Below are positions 51,624 to 61,546 of a stretch of 64,000 bases of DNA, one piece after another (within the stretch, counting starts at the first letter, position 1; each line of letters begins with the position of its first letter). The notes beneath the pieces are model-generated. The model did not search any database, was not told the DNA's origin, and saw nothing but the letters and a program-made list of their open reading frames with translations. Both the position numbers and the translations under genes were made by a program. The DNA comes from Candidatus Bathyarchaeota archaeon (GTDB lineage Archaea; Thermoproteota; CALKCG01; B24; DRYS01), in assembly GCA_018396535.1 (NCBI GenBank), contig JAGTQC010000001.1:64001-128000 (forward strand). Reading direction: 5' to 3'.

Positions 51624-51698
51624 GGCTTAACCCTAACAGCTATCTTACCTAGAAAAGGACGTAAACCGCTTACTTAAAAACTTACCTACGGTTAATGT

Positions 51699-52139
51699 TT
51701 ACGCTTCTCTTATAACAACATTATCTATATCGAGGTAGCGTTTAGCTATCTTTCTAACCCTATCTATATTCTTTCCGTTCTTACCTATAGCTATGCTTTT
51801 ACTCTTCGATTCGACTATAGCTATAGCGATCTTACCTTTGCTTGGTCTTTCAACTATACGAATCTCCTTAACCTTAGCTGGCATAAAAGCATTCATTAAG
51901 AGCTTTATAGGATTATCGCTATACTCCACTATCTCTATAGACTTTCCTAGAATTTGCGATAATCGTTTGACATTAATACCATTTCTACCTACAGCTTTTC
52001 CGATATCTCCTTCCTTAACTATGAATATCACTCTACCTCTTTCACTATCTATTATACAATCTTGGCATTCAATTTGAGCTATAGTCTCGAGTAGAGTTAT
52101 ATACTGCATCTCATCCTTGGTCAACCTTATCTCAGGCAT
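51699..52139 (-). CDS. nusA: archaeal NusA-like KH-domain protein
   Basis: Two KH GxxG loops (GRNG, GKNG); conserved position in the cluster. Confidence 0.95.
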   Translation of the reverse strand: MPEIRLTKDEMQYITLLETIAQIECQDCIIDSERGRVIFIVKEGDIGKAVGRNGINVKRLSQILGKSIEIVEYSDNPIKLLMNAFMPAKVKEIRIVERPSKGKIAIAIVESKSKSIAIGKNGKNIDRVRKIAKRYLDIDNVVIREA

Positions 52140-52145
52140 AATCTA

Positions 52146-52463
52146 TCACCCAAGTTCCATACTTACAAGTTCGAGTATGTTACTATCCCCTGGATCCCTT
52201 ATACCTAAGGCGGATACCGGGAATGGTTTACCACACACTCTACCAAGTTCTATACTCGACCCCTTATAAATGTATATGGGTATTCCTGCAAGTTTACAAT
52301 AGTATGATATGCTATCGGCTAGATCTTTAGGGGTATTCTCAGCTAAAATAACTAGCCTGACCCTCCTGAACATAACGGATTTAAGCGTTGATTTACTACC
52401 TATATATACCCTGCCTGTTCTTACTGCGTTAAGTATCGACCTAGATATCTCAACCGTGGAGAT
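52146..52463 (-). CDS. rpl30e: 50S ribosomal protein L30e (eL30); non-canonical start inferred
   Basis: Conserved AVRTGRVYIGSKST lies upstream of the track ATG (52373); in-frame TGA at 52467-69; ELG..CGKPF, DPGDS. Confidence 0.9.
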   Translation of the reverse strand: MSTVEISRSILNAVRTGRVYIGSKSTLKSVMFRRVRLVILAENTPKDLADSISYYCKLAGIPIYIYKGSSIELGRVCGKPFPVSALGIRDPGDSNILELVSMELG

Positions 52464-52477
52464 AGCTCACCGACCTC

Positions 52478-55400
52478 CTAGCTTTCATTAGATGATATTC
52501 CCACAGGCTCCATATAAATATCTACAAACCCTGTACCTATTGGAGTTACCTGTCCTACTATTATATTTTCAGTTACACCTTTGAGCTCATCTAGAGCTCC
52601 TCTAACAGCTGATTCCACTATACTTGGTACCGTTATCTCAAATGCAGCTTTAGCTAACGGACTAGGCTTCTGCCCAGCTACTCCATGGCGCCCTATCTGC
52701 GTGATTTTTCCAGTTCTAGTCATCATATCTGCAACAAGCATAACATGTCTCACATCTATATCTAAACCGCCACCTATTCCTTGGAATACATTCATCATCT
52801 CATTTATGATAACAGCTCTAGCCGCTTCTATTCCCAATACATCACAAATTTCGAAGAAATTATTAGTCTCCGTCCTCGACGGATCAACTCCATGAACTTC
52901 GACGACATCTGCAAGGTTAGATCCATCTGCTAGTAGAATCCATTCACCTCTATCCTCAGCTACCTGAATCCTCGCTATACCTTTCACGCCCTTCACGTGA
53001 ATAGATAGTATCTTTGATACCAGTATTCTTAGAGATTGCTCGTCAGCTATCCTGCCATCTCTATATCTAGCTATCACAACACCACGTTCAGGTACTACCG
53101 ATAATTCCACTTCTTTCATCTGAAGTTTATCTGATAGTAAATCGTATGATATACCGCGAGCATTCATCTCATCCACGTTAAGTATAAATTCTATACTACC
53201 AGTATCTATGTCCAGCAGATATTTCGATACTATATCCTTAAATGTTGTATAAACAAGCTCCTGAGCTATCTTAACTGCTTTCTCACGGTCGTAACGATAG
53301 GCTTCGATTAACCTTATAGTCATGATAGGTGTAGACGGTGTTCTACGAGCATCCACAATCTCTATCAATCTAGGTAGACCTAGTGTTACATCCCTTTCCT
53401 TAACACCAGCCCAGTGAAAGGTTCTAAGAGTCATCTGCGTGCCAGGTTCACCTATAGACTGCGCTGCAATTATCCCTACAGCCTCTCCGGGTTCTACCTG
53501 TGCATCTTCATATGCTCTATAAGCTTCTTCTAGTATTCTAGCTACGAGTGTTTTAGATGCTTTAATTTTAATGGATACATCTCGAATATCATCTAGTATG
53601 GATTTAGGTAAAATTTTCTCGAACTTAGATATAAGCTGCTCTATCTCGAATTCCGAAGCAGAAGGCTCCCCTAAACCTATGCCCTTGAGTGTAAGCTCAT
53701 TGCATAATCTAGTTATATTCACAGGTTTACCATGATCACTTTTAGATGGATCGACACCATCCTCACCATATTTAAATTGAACTATAGCACCTAATATATC
53801 GCGTACGGTCCCATCATATTCCACTCTAACAAGTTCTAACGCGTGTATAAGCCTCCTCTGTAAATAACCGCTCTGCTGTGTTCTTACGGCTGTATCTACT
53901 AACCCTTCTCTACCACCCATTGCATGGAAGAAGAATTCTGTAGGAGTTAATCCTTTAAGGAACGAGGATTTAACGAAGCCTCCCGCTTCTGGGTTTGGAT
54001 CTCTAGGTTTGAAGTGCGGCAACGCACGATCCCTTAATCCTCTAGGAACCCTACGTCCTCTCACAGATTGCTGCCCAAGACAAGCAGACATATGCCCTAT
54101 GTTAAGTGCTGAGCCCCTAGCACCAACTCTACTCATTATAACACCTCTATTCTCCATGGTGAATGATGATTCAGCTATTTCATCACATTTCTCCCTAGCC
54201 TTAGCTAGTTCATCCATTATCATTATTTCTAGACTCTCTTCCATGCTTTTACCTGGAAGCTTAAGCAACTTACCTTCCTCAGCTTGTCTTATTATTTCGA
54301 TAATCCTGCGATTAGCTTCATCCAATACTCTACGTATCTGTTCTTCGCTTTCTCCACGCAGTATAAGCTCATCTAAACTATATGAAAAACCTCTCATCGA
54401 AATGAACGTATTCAGGAGCTTACACAGCTTAGTTATGAATATTCTCCCTGCTTCACCACCATACTTCTTTACGTAAACATGTAGTAGCGTATCTGGTTTC
54501 TCTACACCTATAGCACCCTTATCGATAACCCCCTTTATTAGTACACCATTTTTAACGACTATTATACCATCATCAGGACATTCTTCATCTGGGGATGCGT
54601 GTTTATGTTTACATACGGATGATTTGCCAATATAGTTAAAATCTTTAGGTAAAAGTAGACTAAATATTTGTTTACCACTCCATAATGGTTCTGGCTCTTT
54701 AACTATAGGCGGCGGTAAATCGCCCGTATATTCTATAGCAGCTAGGAGCTTCCCAACCTCATCTTTAGTAAGTAAAGTTTCCCTACGAGTTAACAGATAT
54801 CCTGCTGTAAGGTAATCCCTCGTAGCCCCTATTATGGGGGCACCGTATCTAGGGGATATTATCTGTGTCTGGACTTGAGCTAGAATTCTAGCTTCAGCTT
54901 GGGCTTCCTCAGATTGAGGAACGTGAAGATTCATCTCATCTCCATCAAAATCTGCGTTGTAAGGCGTGCATACGGCTAAATGCAATCTAAATGTACGGTA
55001 CGGTAGGACTTTCACTCTATGAGCCATTATAGACATTCTATGGAGTGATGGTTGCCTATTGAACAGAACTATATCTCCATCTCTCAGATGTCTCTCGACT
55101 ATGTAGCCTACATCGAGTTCTTCAGCAATACGCTCCCTATCAGAGAATTCAAGTCTTATACGTCTTCCATCAGGTCTTATAACGTAGACAGCACCAGGAT
55201 GATTAAATGGCCCACGTTTAACAAGCTCCTTCATCTCCTCTATATTCCAAGCAGTAACCTTTTCTGGTACAGTAAGCTTCATAGCTATCTCTAAAGGTAC
55301 ACCGACTTCATCGATTTCTAGGTTTGGATCTGGTGAGATAACCGTCCTGGCCGAAAAATCTACACGCTTACCAGAGAGATTCAGCCTAAATCTGCCTTCT

Positions 55401-56329
55401 TTACCCTTTAATCTTTGAGCTAGAGTTCTAAGTGGTCTGCCAGATCTATGTCTAGCAGGAGGTATACCTGGGGTTTCATTATCAAAATATGTTGTCACAT
55501 GGTACTGTAAGAGATCTGCGAGCTCCTCCCTTATAGCTGTAGGAGCCCCGCTCTCTATACACTCTTTTATCCTTTCGTTTATCCTTACTATATCAACTAG
55601 TTTATGCGTAAGATCATCCTCAGAGCGTATACCGGATTCTAATGTTATAGATGGACGAACTACGAGAGGAGGAACTGGTAATATCTGTATGATCATCCAT
55701 TCAGGACGCGCAACTTCTGGATCAAATCCTAGGAGTCTTAAATCGTCATCAGGTATTCTCTCCAATCTACTCCGTATAGTTGTAGGATCGAGTGATATCC
55801 TTCCTCTTTCGGTAACCTCATAGAAAGACACTGGCTTAACAAACTCTATCTTAACTTGAGGAGACTTACAATGCGGACACTCATATACCTTACTAGCCTT
55901 TTTCACGATGATCCTTCTTAAAGCCTCAGGATACTCCTTTCTCTCTCTCAGTATACGCTTCAATAGCTTATCATATCTAGCTATCTCCTCCTCTGGTAAT
56001 AGTAGACGACCACAATTCCTACAAGTTACAGATAGAAGTTCGTGAACATGTTTCACGAAAGCTACATGAATAACGGGAGTTGCCAGTTTTATAGAGCCAA
56101 AGTGTCCTGGGCATCTAGAAGCAAGGTTGAAACAAGTTTTACATAGCTGTCCAGGTTCGAGGACACCCATCCTACCATCCATTAAGCCTGAAGCGATTGG
56201 CATACCATCTTCATCATATGTATCTGATGTAGTCACCTCTACGACGGAAAGCTTTTGTATATCGGTGGGTGATAGTATACCGAACTTTATACCTGCGATT
56301 CTACACCTAACAATTTCCTCCATACTCAT
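52478..56329 (-). CDS. rpoA1: RNA polymerase subunit A, fused A'+A''
   Basis: NADFDGD active site plus A''-type GEPGTQMTLRTFH and IIVGQ..P.GTG in one 1283-aa ORF. Confidence 0.97.
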   Translation of the reverse strand: MSMEEIVRCRIAGIKFGILSPTDIQKLSVVEVTTSDTYDEDGMPIASGLMDGRMGVLEPGQLCKTCFNLASRCPGHFGSIKLATPVIHVAFVKHVHELLSVTCRNCGRLLLPEEEIARYDKLLKRILRERKEYPEALRRIIVKKASKVYECPHCKSPQVKIEFVKPVSFYEVTERGRISLDPTTIRSRLERIPDDDLRLLGFDPEVARPEWMIIQILPVPPLVVRPSITLESGIRSEDDLTHKLVDIVRINERIKECIESGAPTAIREELADLLQYHVTTYFDNETPGIPPARHRSGRPLRTLAQRLKGKEGRFRLNLSGKRVDFSARTVISPDPNLEIDEVGVPLEIAMKLTVPEKVTAWNIEEMKELVKRGPFNHPGAVYVIRPDGRRIRLEFSDRERIAEELDVGYIVERHLRDGDIVLFNRQPSLHRMSIMAHRVKVLPYRTFRLHLAVCTPYNADFDGDEMNLHVPQSEEAQAEARILAQVQTQIISPRYGAPIIGATRDYLTAGYLLTRRETLLTKDEVGKLLAAIEYTGDLPPPIVKEPEPLWSGKQIFSLLLPKDFNYIGKSSVCKHKHASPDEECPDDGIIVVKNGVLIKGVIDKGAIGVEKPDTLLHVYVKKYGGEAGRIFITKLCKLLNTFISMRGFSYSLDELILRGESEEQIRRVLDEANRRIIEIIRQAEEGKLLKLPGKSMEESLEIMIMDELAKAREKCDEIAESSFTMENRGVIMSRVGARGSALNIGHMSACLGQQSVRGRRVPRGLRDRALPHFKPRDPNPEAGGFVKSSFLKGLTPTEFFFHAMGGREGLVDTAVRTQQSGYLQRRLIHALELVRVEYDGTVRDILGAIVQFKYGEDGVDPSKSDHGKPVNITRLCNELTLKGIGLGEPSASEFEIEQLISKFEKILPKSILDDIRDVSIKIKASKTLVARILEEAYRAYEDAQVEPGEAVGIIAAQSIGEPGTQMTLRTFHWAGVKERDVTLGLPRLIEIVDARRTPSTPIMTIRLIEAYRYDREKAVKIAQELVYTTFKDIVSKYLLDIDTGSIEFILNVDEMNARGISYDLLSDKLQMKEVELSVVPERGVVIARYRDGRIADEQSLRILVSKILSIHVKGVKGIARIQVAEDRGEWILLADGSNLADVVEVHGVDPSRTETNNFFEICDVLGIEAARAVIINEMMNVFQGIGGGLDIDVRHVMLVADMMTRTGKITQIGRHGVAGQKPSPLAKAAFEITVPSIVESAVRGALDELKGVTENIIVGQVTPIGTGFVDIYMEPVGISSNES

Positions 56330-56333
56330 CCTT

Positions 56334-59300
56334 CTACGACACCTCCTCTACCAAAAGCCTAGGAGCTATGCACAAACTCATAAGCTCTTGAAGTAGAAGT
56401 TTGAATGCATAAGCTACGGTTATAGGGACTATCTTAGCCTGATCTCCACAAATATGACACTTATACTCTCTACGTCTATTATCATAATATCCTAGGAAAC
56501 CGCAATTCTTGCACACATATATAGTTGTAGCATCGGATTCCTCTAACAATCTGTCCTTAAGTAATGCTGCAGCACCGTGAGCTATCAAGCAATCTCTCTC
56601 CATCTCACCAAACCTTAAGCCACCACCTCTAGCCCTTCCTTCAGTAGGTTGACGCGTAAGCATTTGCACCTGCCCTCTGGCCCTTGCATGTATCTTATCG
56701 GCAACCATATGATGAAGCTTCTGATAGTATACGACACCTATGAATATATCGGCTTCAAACTTGTATCCAGTAGTCCCATCATACATTATCTCTCTACCGC
56801 CATACCTAAAGCCGAGCTTTCTAAGAATTTCATCAAGTTTATCTGCAGAATCATTTATGAAAGCCGTCCCATCTACGAATCTGCCAGTTATAGCTCCTAT
56901 CTTACCGGCTACAGATTCCATAAGTTGTCCTACGGTCATCCTAGAAGGTATGGCATGCGGGTTTATTATGATATCTGGGACTATACCATCCTCTGTGAAC
57001 GGCATATCCTCCTGTCTAAACACTACACCTATCACACCTTTCTGTCCATGCCTAGAAGCAAATTTATCTCCAAGTTCAGGAATTCTAGGCTCTCTAACTT
57101 TAACTTTGGCTATTCTATTACCCTGGGCATCCGCAGTTAATATTACTGTATCGACTATAGCGGATCCTCTAGATTTAAGCGAAAGAGACGTATCTCGACG
57201 AGATAGACCATAGACGCCTAATTCACGATATTCCTCCATAAATCTCGGAGGACTTGTTTTACCTACAAGAACATCACCAGTTGAAAGTTCACACTCAGGG
57301 TAGGTTAGACCATCAGGTTCAAGCTTCATGTAATAGCTTTCACCTTTATAGCCTTTCGTCTCTGGTGATGGGACCTCGAACCTATCAGTTTCCCCACCCA
57401 TATACTGGTAGCATTCAGCTTCATATGTCTTGAAGAATGTAGATCTCATCAGACCCCTATCTATAGACGATTTATTAAAGATTATAGCGTCCTCCATATT
57501 ATATCCAGAGTACGATATAATCGCTACTACGACATTCTGTCCAGTAGGCCTCTTATGATAGCCCATAATTTCCATGGGTTTAGTTTGAACTATAGGTATC
57601 TGTGGATAGTGTAGTAGATGCCCGCGACTATCTACCCTAAAGTAATAGTTTGTGGCATAAACTCCTAGGGCTTGCTTAGCCATAGCTGCTTCATAACTAT
57701 TTCTTGGAGAATGGTTATGCTCGGCATAAGGTATTAGCGAAGCACATACACCGAAAATCGTGTATGGAGCTATTTCTAAATGAGTCGTCTCTTCGGAGAT
57801 ATCCTTGTAACTTAAAGCTACTAGACAATTTTCCTCCTCTTCCGCATCTATATATTCTATCACACCCGTATAGATTAAATCATCCCATGTGATTAGACCC
57901 TTCCGTAAAGCTTCTATATGTTCTCTAGTAAGTAGAGGATACCCGTTCTCTACGACTATAAGTGGCCGTCTACATCTTCCTGAATCACAATTTATGTACA
58001 GTTCTTTAACATCTTCAAAATATGCTACATTGACCTCTGGACTTAACTTTCCAGCTCTTCTAAGTTTTTTAAGTTCTCTAATTAGTTCTTTAGGATTATA
58101 TGTGAAACCAAATGGAACACCATCTATATACACACGGGGAGCATTAAGTTTAATGGTACGGTCTGCTTCATCGAACGGTATACATCCGAGCTTAACTAGA
58201 ATTTGTTTAACCTCTTCCACATCAGCTGAAACGGATATATTTGCCATTAAAGCTAGGTTCTTAACTAAACCACAGTTGGATCCTTCAGGTGTTTCGTTAG
58301 GACAAAGACGGCCCCAATGAGTAGAATGTAGATCTCTAGCTTCGAAATTTGGCTGGGTACGACTTAGTGGCGATTGAAGCCTTCTAAGATGACTTAACGT
58401 TGATATAGAATTTGTCCTATCTAAAAGCTGAGTTACACCAACTCTCCCACGTCCCCAGTTCCCTGTAGCTAGAGCATGCTGAATACGTTCAGTCAATATG
58501 CTAGGTCTAACGATCGATCTTAAAGGTATAATTCTACCTTTCTCTAGTTTTCTGTAGAGCTTCTCGAGTTGATAGCTCATATCCTTAACTAAATCCCTGA
58601 ATACTGTTCTGAATAGATCTCCTAGAAGTTGACCTGCAAGTCTTATACGTTTATTAGCATAATGATCTTTATCATCCTGCTTTCTTAAACCTAGACGTAA
58701 TTCTATGATTCTTCTAACCATTTCTGCAAGGAATATTGCTTTAACTCTCCTTGAATCGGGGGTTCTACCTAGGTGTAGGAGGAAGTTTCTATCTAGTATC
58801 ATTAAGGCTCTATTTTTACGTCTCTCAGGAGATTGCGCGAACGCCACACGATTTCCTATATATATTAAGGCATCATCCTGTGTATCTATGCCTGACACTT
58901 TATCAAAAGATGGTTCAAGCCACTGATATATATTGGGATCTAAAGATACAAGTTCTGCTATCTCTCTATCTTTCTCTATACCAAGAGCTTTCATAACTAC
59001 AATGAAAGGCAGTTCTACAGGAACACTCGGCATGGAAACTGTTATTGTTCCATCCTTTTTCATCTTAACTTCAACTTTGGTTCTGTAGCCTATTATGGTG
59101 GAGAACACTTTTGCTCGATATATCTTTGTGTTATCGTCGTAGTCTACTAATATGCGATTAGGTGCTAAATCTTCTATACCGACTATAATTCTTTCTGAAC
59201 CATTTATTATGAAGTACCCTCCTGGATCCTCGGGATCCTCACCTATAGATATAAGCTCATCTTCGGTCATCTGGCTTAGAGGACATATTCTGGATTTAAG

Positions 59301-59693
59301 CATAATCGGTAGATCTCCTATGTATATCAACTCCATCTTGCCTTCTCGACCATCTATTATTGGAGTTACTTCAAGGTATAGAGGGGCGGCGTAAGTAAGG
59401 TTTCGAAGTCTACAATCCATGGGTGTAACTTCGGTTTCTGACCCATCGACTTCAAATACCTTTGGCCTACCTATATGAATCTTACCGAATTTTAACTGTA
59501 TGCTCATTCCTCTAACATAAACCGAGATCCCTCCTATACTTTCGACTATGGAATTTAAATCACGTTCAATAAATTCATTATAAGAGTCGAGATGCTGACC
59601 TGCAAGTTTCCGAGATTGAAAGAAAGCTTTCATTAAGAACCATAGATCCTCTGAAGAAAGCCATACATCCTCAGAGTGTTTATCTGCCGACAT
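56334..59693 (-). CDS. rpoB: RNA polymerase subunit B (unsplit)
   Basis: GYFIINGSE, ETPEG, GDKFASRHGQKG, GLRFGEMERD. Confidence 0.98.
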   Translation of the reverse strand: MSADKHSEDVWLSSEDLWFLMKAFFQSRKLAGQHLDSYNEFIERDLNSIVESIGGISVYVRGMSIQLKFGKIHIGRPKVFEVDGSETEVTPMDCRLRNLTYAAPLYLEVTPIIDGREGKMELIYIGDLPIMLKSRICPLSQMTEDELISIGEDPEDPGGYFIINGSERIIVGIEDLAPNRILVDYDDNTKIYRAKVFSTIIGYRTKVEVKMKKDGTITVSMPSVPVELPFIVVMKALGIEKDREIAELVSLDPNIYQWLEPSFDKVSGIDTQDDALIYIGNRVAFAQSPERRKNRALMILDRNFLLHLGRTPDSRRVKAIFLAEMVRRIIELRLGLRKQDDKDHYANKRIRLAGQLLGDLFRTVFRDLVKDMSYQLEKLYRKLEKGRIIPLRSIVRPSILTERIQHALATGNWGRGRVGVTQLLDRTNSISTLSHLRRLQSPLSRTQPNFEARDLHSTHWGRLCPNETPEGSNCGLVKNLALMANISVSADVEEVKQILVKLGCIPFDEADRTIKLNAPRVYIDGVPFGFTYNPKELIRELKKLRRAGKLSPEVNVAYFEDVKELYINCDSGRCRRPLIVVENGYPLLTREHIEALRKGLITWDDLIYTGVIEYIDAEEEENCLVALSYKDISEETTHLEIAPYTIFGVCASLIPYAEHNHSPRNSYEAAMAKQALGVYATNYYFRVDSRGHLLHYPQIPIVQTKPMEIMGYHKRPTGQNVVVAIISYSGYNMEDAIIFNKSSIDRGLMRSTFFKTYEAECYQYMGGETDRFEVPSPETKGYKGESYYMKLEPDGLTYPECELSTGDVLVGKTSPPRFMEEYRELGVYGLSRRDTSLSLKSRGSAIVDTVILTADAQGNRIAKVKVREPRIPELGDKFASRHGQKGVIGVVFRQEDMPFTEDGIVPDIIINPHAIPSRMTVGQLMESVAGKIGAITGRFVDGTAFINDSADKLDEILRKLGFRYGGREIMYDGTTGYKFEADIFIGVVYYQKLHHMVADKIHARARGQVQMLTRQPTEGRARGGGLRFGEMERDCLIAHGAAALLKDRLLEESDATTIYVCKNCGFLGYYDNRRREYKCHICGDQAKIVPITVAYAFKLLLQELMSLCIAPRLLVEEVS

Positions 59694-59695
59694 GA

Positions 59696-59950
59696 TCAGC
59701 CCTCCGTTACGTATCTATAGGCTATGGCAACCCCTGCTGTAGGGCTTTTACGTCTAACCCTAATTATATCACCTGGTCTACCACCTATTGCTATAACTGC
59801 AGGGTCTGAAACTCTTATTAAAGGCAGTTGGTAAGGTTTTACACCATACTTTTTAAGAACATTCTCAGCATCTATATAACTGAGTAACTCGTGTCTAGGT
59901 ACAAGGAAATGATCGAATATATTGAACTTAAGTTTGGATCTATTTTTCAA
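59696..59950 (-). CDS. rpoH: RNA polymerase subunit H
   Basis: HFLVPRH, QLP.I..SDP, RKSPTAG..YRYV. TTG 59950 follows a GGAGGT SD. Confidence 0.95.
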   Translation of the reverse strand: MKNRSKLKFNIFDHFLVPRHELLSYIDAENVLKKYGVKPYQLPLIRVSDPAVIAIGGRPGDIIRVRRKSPTAGVAIAYRYVTEG

Positions 59951-60085
59951 GAGAACTGAACCTCCATCACTAGTACCAGAGACTAAACTAGTAGCAGTGT
60001 ATACTTGCTTATAAACGTTACTCAATTGTAATGCATCCTAGAATATTTATTAACCACCCATAAAGCAAATAATTTTCTAGAAGAC

Positions 60086-61429
60086 ATGATGACAAATTTA
60101 GAATGGTACCAAGAGGATTTCTGGGTTAAAGTCTTCACAACGTCACCAGACGCAGTAGATCCCGATGAGAATGTGATATGTACATACTATATAGAACCTA
60201 GAACAGGGATGAGTCTTAAAGATGCAGGCATCTACGTAGCGGCTGAAGAGAGCATAGGTACATGGACCAGAGTGGGCACTATGCAGGATTATGTTCTACG
60301 ATATGCAGCTAAAGTCTTTGAGACCATAGAAGTAGGAGGTGGAGGTATAGTGAAGGTAGCATACCCATTAGATCTCTTCGATCTGGATGCAGGGATATCT
60401 CATATGTTAAGCATAATAGCCGGTAACCTATTTGGGATTAGCGCTGTAGATAATATCAGACTCCTAGATCTAGAGCTACCAAGGGAGTATGCAGAAGTTT
60501 TCAGAGGACCTAAATTCGGTATAGAAGGGGTCCGTAGACTAGTTGGTACTGATAGGAAGCCTAGACCACATTTGGGGACTATTATAAAGCCTAAGGTCGG
60601 ACTTACTGCTAAAGATTTTGCTAAAGTTGCATATGAAGCTGCTATGGGAGGAGTAGATTTCATCAAAGATGACGAAACATTAACGAGTCAGAAGTTTAAT
60701 ACGGTAGAAGATAGGATTACACATGTTATGAATGCCCTAGATAAAGTTAAATCTGAGACAGGAAGAAATGTGCTATACGCGTGCGACATAACGTCAGACT
60801 ATAATCGCTTATTTAAGCATGCAGAGACAGTTTTAGAACATGGCGGAAATTGCGTAATGGTTGATGTACTCTGTACAGGTTATGCTGCTTTGAGAGCTCT
60901 AGCAGAGGATCCATCTATAAAGGTACCTATACATGTACATAGAGCTCTACATGCAGCTATGACTCGTAATCCTAAACATGGAATACATATGATGGTTATA
61001 GCTAAACTTGTGAGGTTAGCTGGCGGTGATCAGTTACATACAGGTACGGCTGTCGGTAAGATGGAGAAGCCTAGAGGACCATCAGATATATTAGATGAAT
61101 GGAGAGGGATAAGAGCTATAAGAAGGATAAACGATATGTTAAGATCACCCTGGTTCCATCTTAAGACTATACTACCAGTTGCTTCAGGTGGTATACATCC
61201 CGCAATAGTTCCAGATAATCTTGAAGCCTTAGGCTCACCAGATATACAAGTCAATGCTGGCGGAGGCATACATGGACATCCTATGGGTAGCAGAGCCGGA
61301 GCTACAGCTATGATGCAAGCTATAGAAGCCTATATGAATGGAATAACGTTAGAAGAATATAGCAAGACTCATGAAGAATTAAGGATAGCACTAGAGTATT
61401 GGGGCTATAAATTTAAAGCTGAAGACTAA
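60086..61429 (+). CDS. rbcL: form III-type RuBisCO large subunit
   Basis: GTIIKPKVG, GGVDFIKDDE, HVHRALH, DQLHTGTAVGKME, PVASGG, GGGIHGHP, GN: the full catalytic residue set. Confidence 0.92.
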   Translation: MMTNLEWYQEDFWVKVFTTSPDAVDPDENVICTYYIEPRTGMSLKDAGIYVAAEESIGTWTRVGTMQDYVLRYAAKVFETIEVGGGGIVKVAYPLDLFDLDAGISHMLSIIAGNLFGISAVDNIRLLDLELPREYAEVFRGPKFGIEGVRRLVGTDRKPRPHLGTIIKPKVGLTAKDFAKVAYEAAMGGVDFIKDDETLTSQKFNTVEDRITHVMNALDKVKSETGRNVLYACDITSDYNRLFKHAETVLEHGGNCVMVDVLCTGYAALRALAEDPSIKVPIHVHRALHAAMTRNPKHGIHMMVIAKLVRLAGGDQLHTGTAVGKMEKPRGPSDILDEWRGIRAIRRINDMLRSPWFHLKTILPVASGGIHPAIVPDNLEALGSPDIQVNAGGGIHGHPMGSRAGATAMMQAIEAYMNGITLEEYSKTHEELRIALEYWGYKFKAED

Positions 61430-61484
61430 GTGAAGCCATAGTAAACTTAATATACTATACATGTATGTTTATGTTACTTTATTT

Positions 61485-61546
61485 TGATGATGAAGGATTT
61501 GGGGACATCTGAGAGCTCCTATGAAGAGTTTGCCGAATGCTGACCA
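61485..61546 (+). ncRNA. box C/D sRNA, probably guiding two 23S rRNA methylations
   Basis: C ATGATGA 61487-93, D' CTGA 61509-12, C' ATGAAGA 61521-27, D CTGA 61540-43. Guides are complementary to 23S-like GUCCCCAAAUCC and AUUCGGCAAA. Confidence 0.85.

Noticed and set aside
20949-59394. Many antisense ORFs in the track (e.g. 20949-21683, 44191-44724, 45529-46098, 50665-51216)
   Set aside because: They are Ser/Ile-rich shadows lying over well-supported genes on the other strand.
59951-60025. Track N-terminal extension of RpoH
   Set aside because: It contains a TATA-like element and the SD for TTG 59950.
60086-61429. RuBisCO-like protein (form IV)
   Set aside because: It retains the loop 6 Lys, HxHR, Asn123-equivalent and KDDE motifs.
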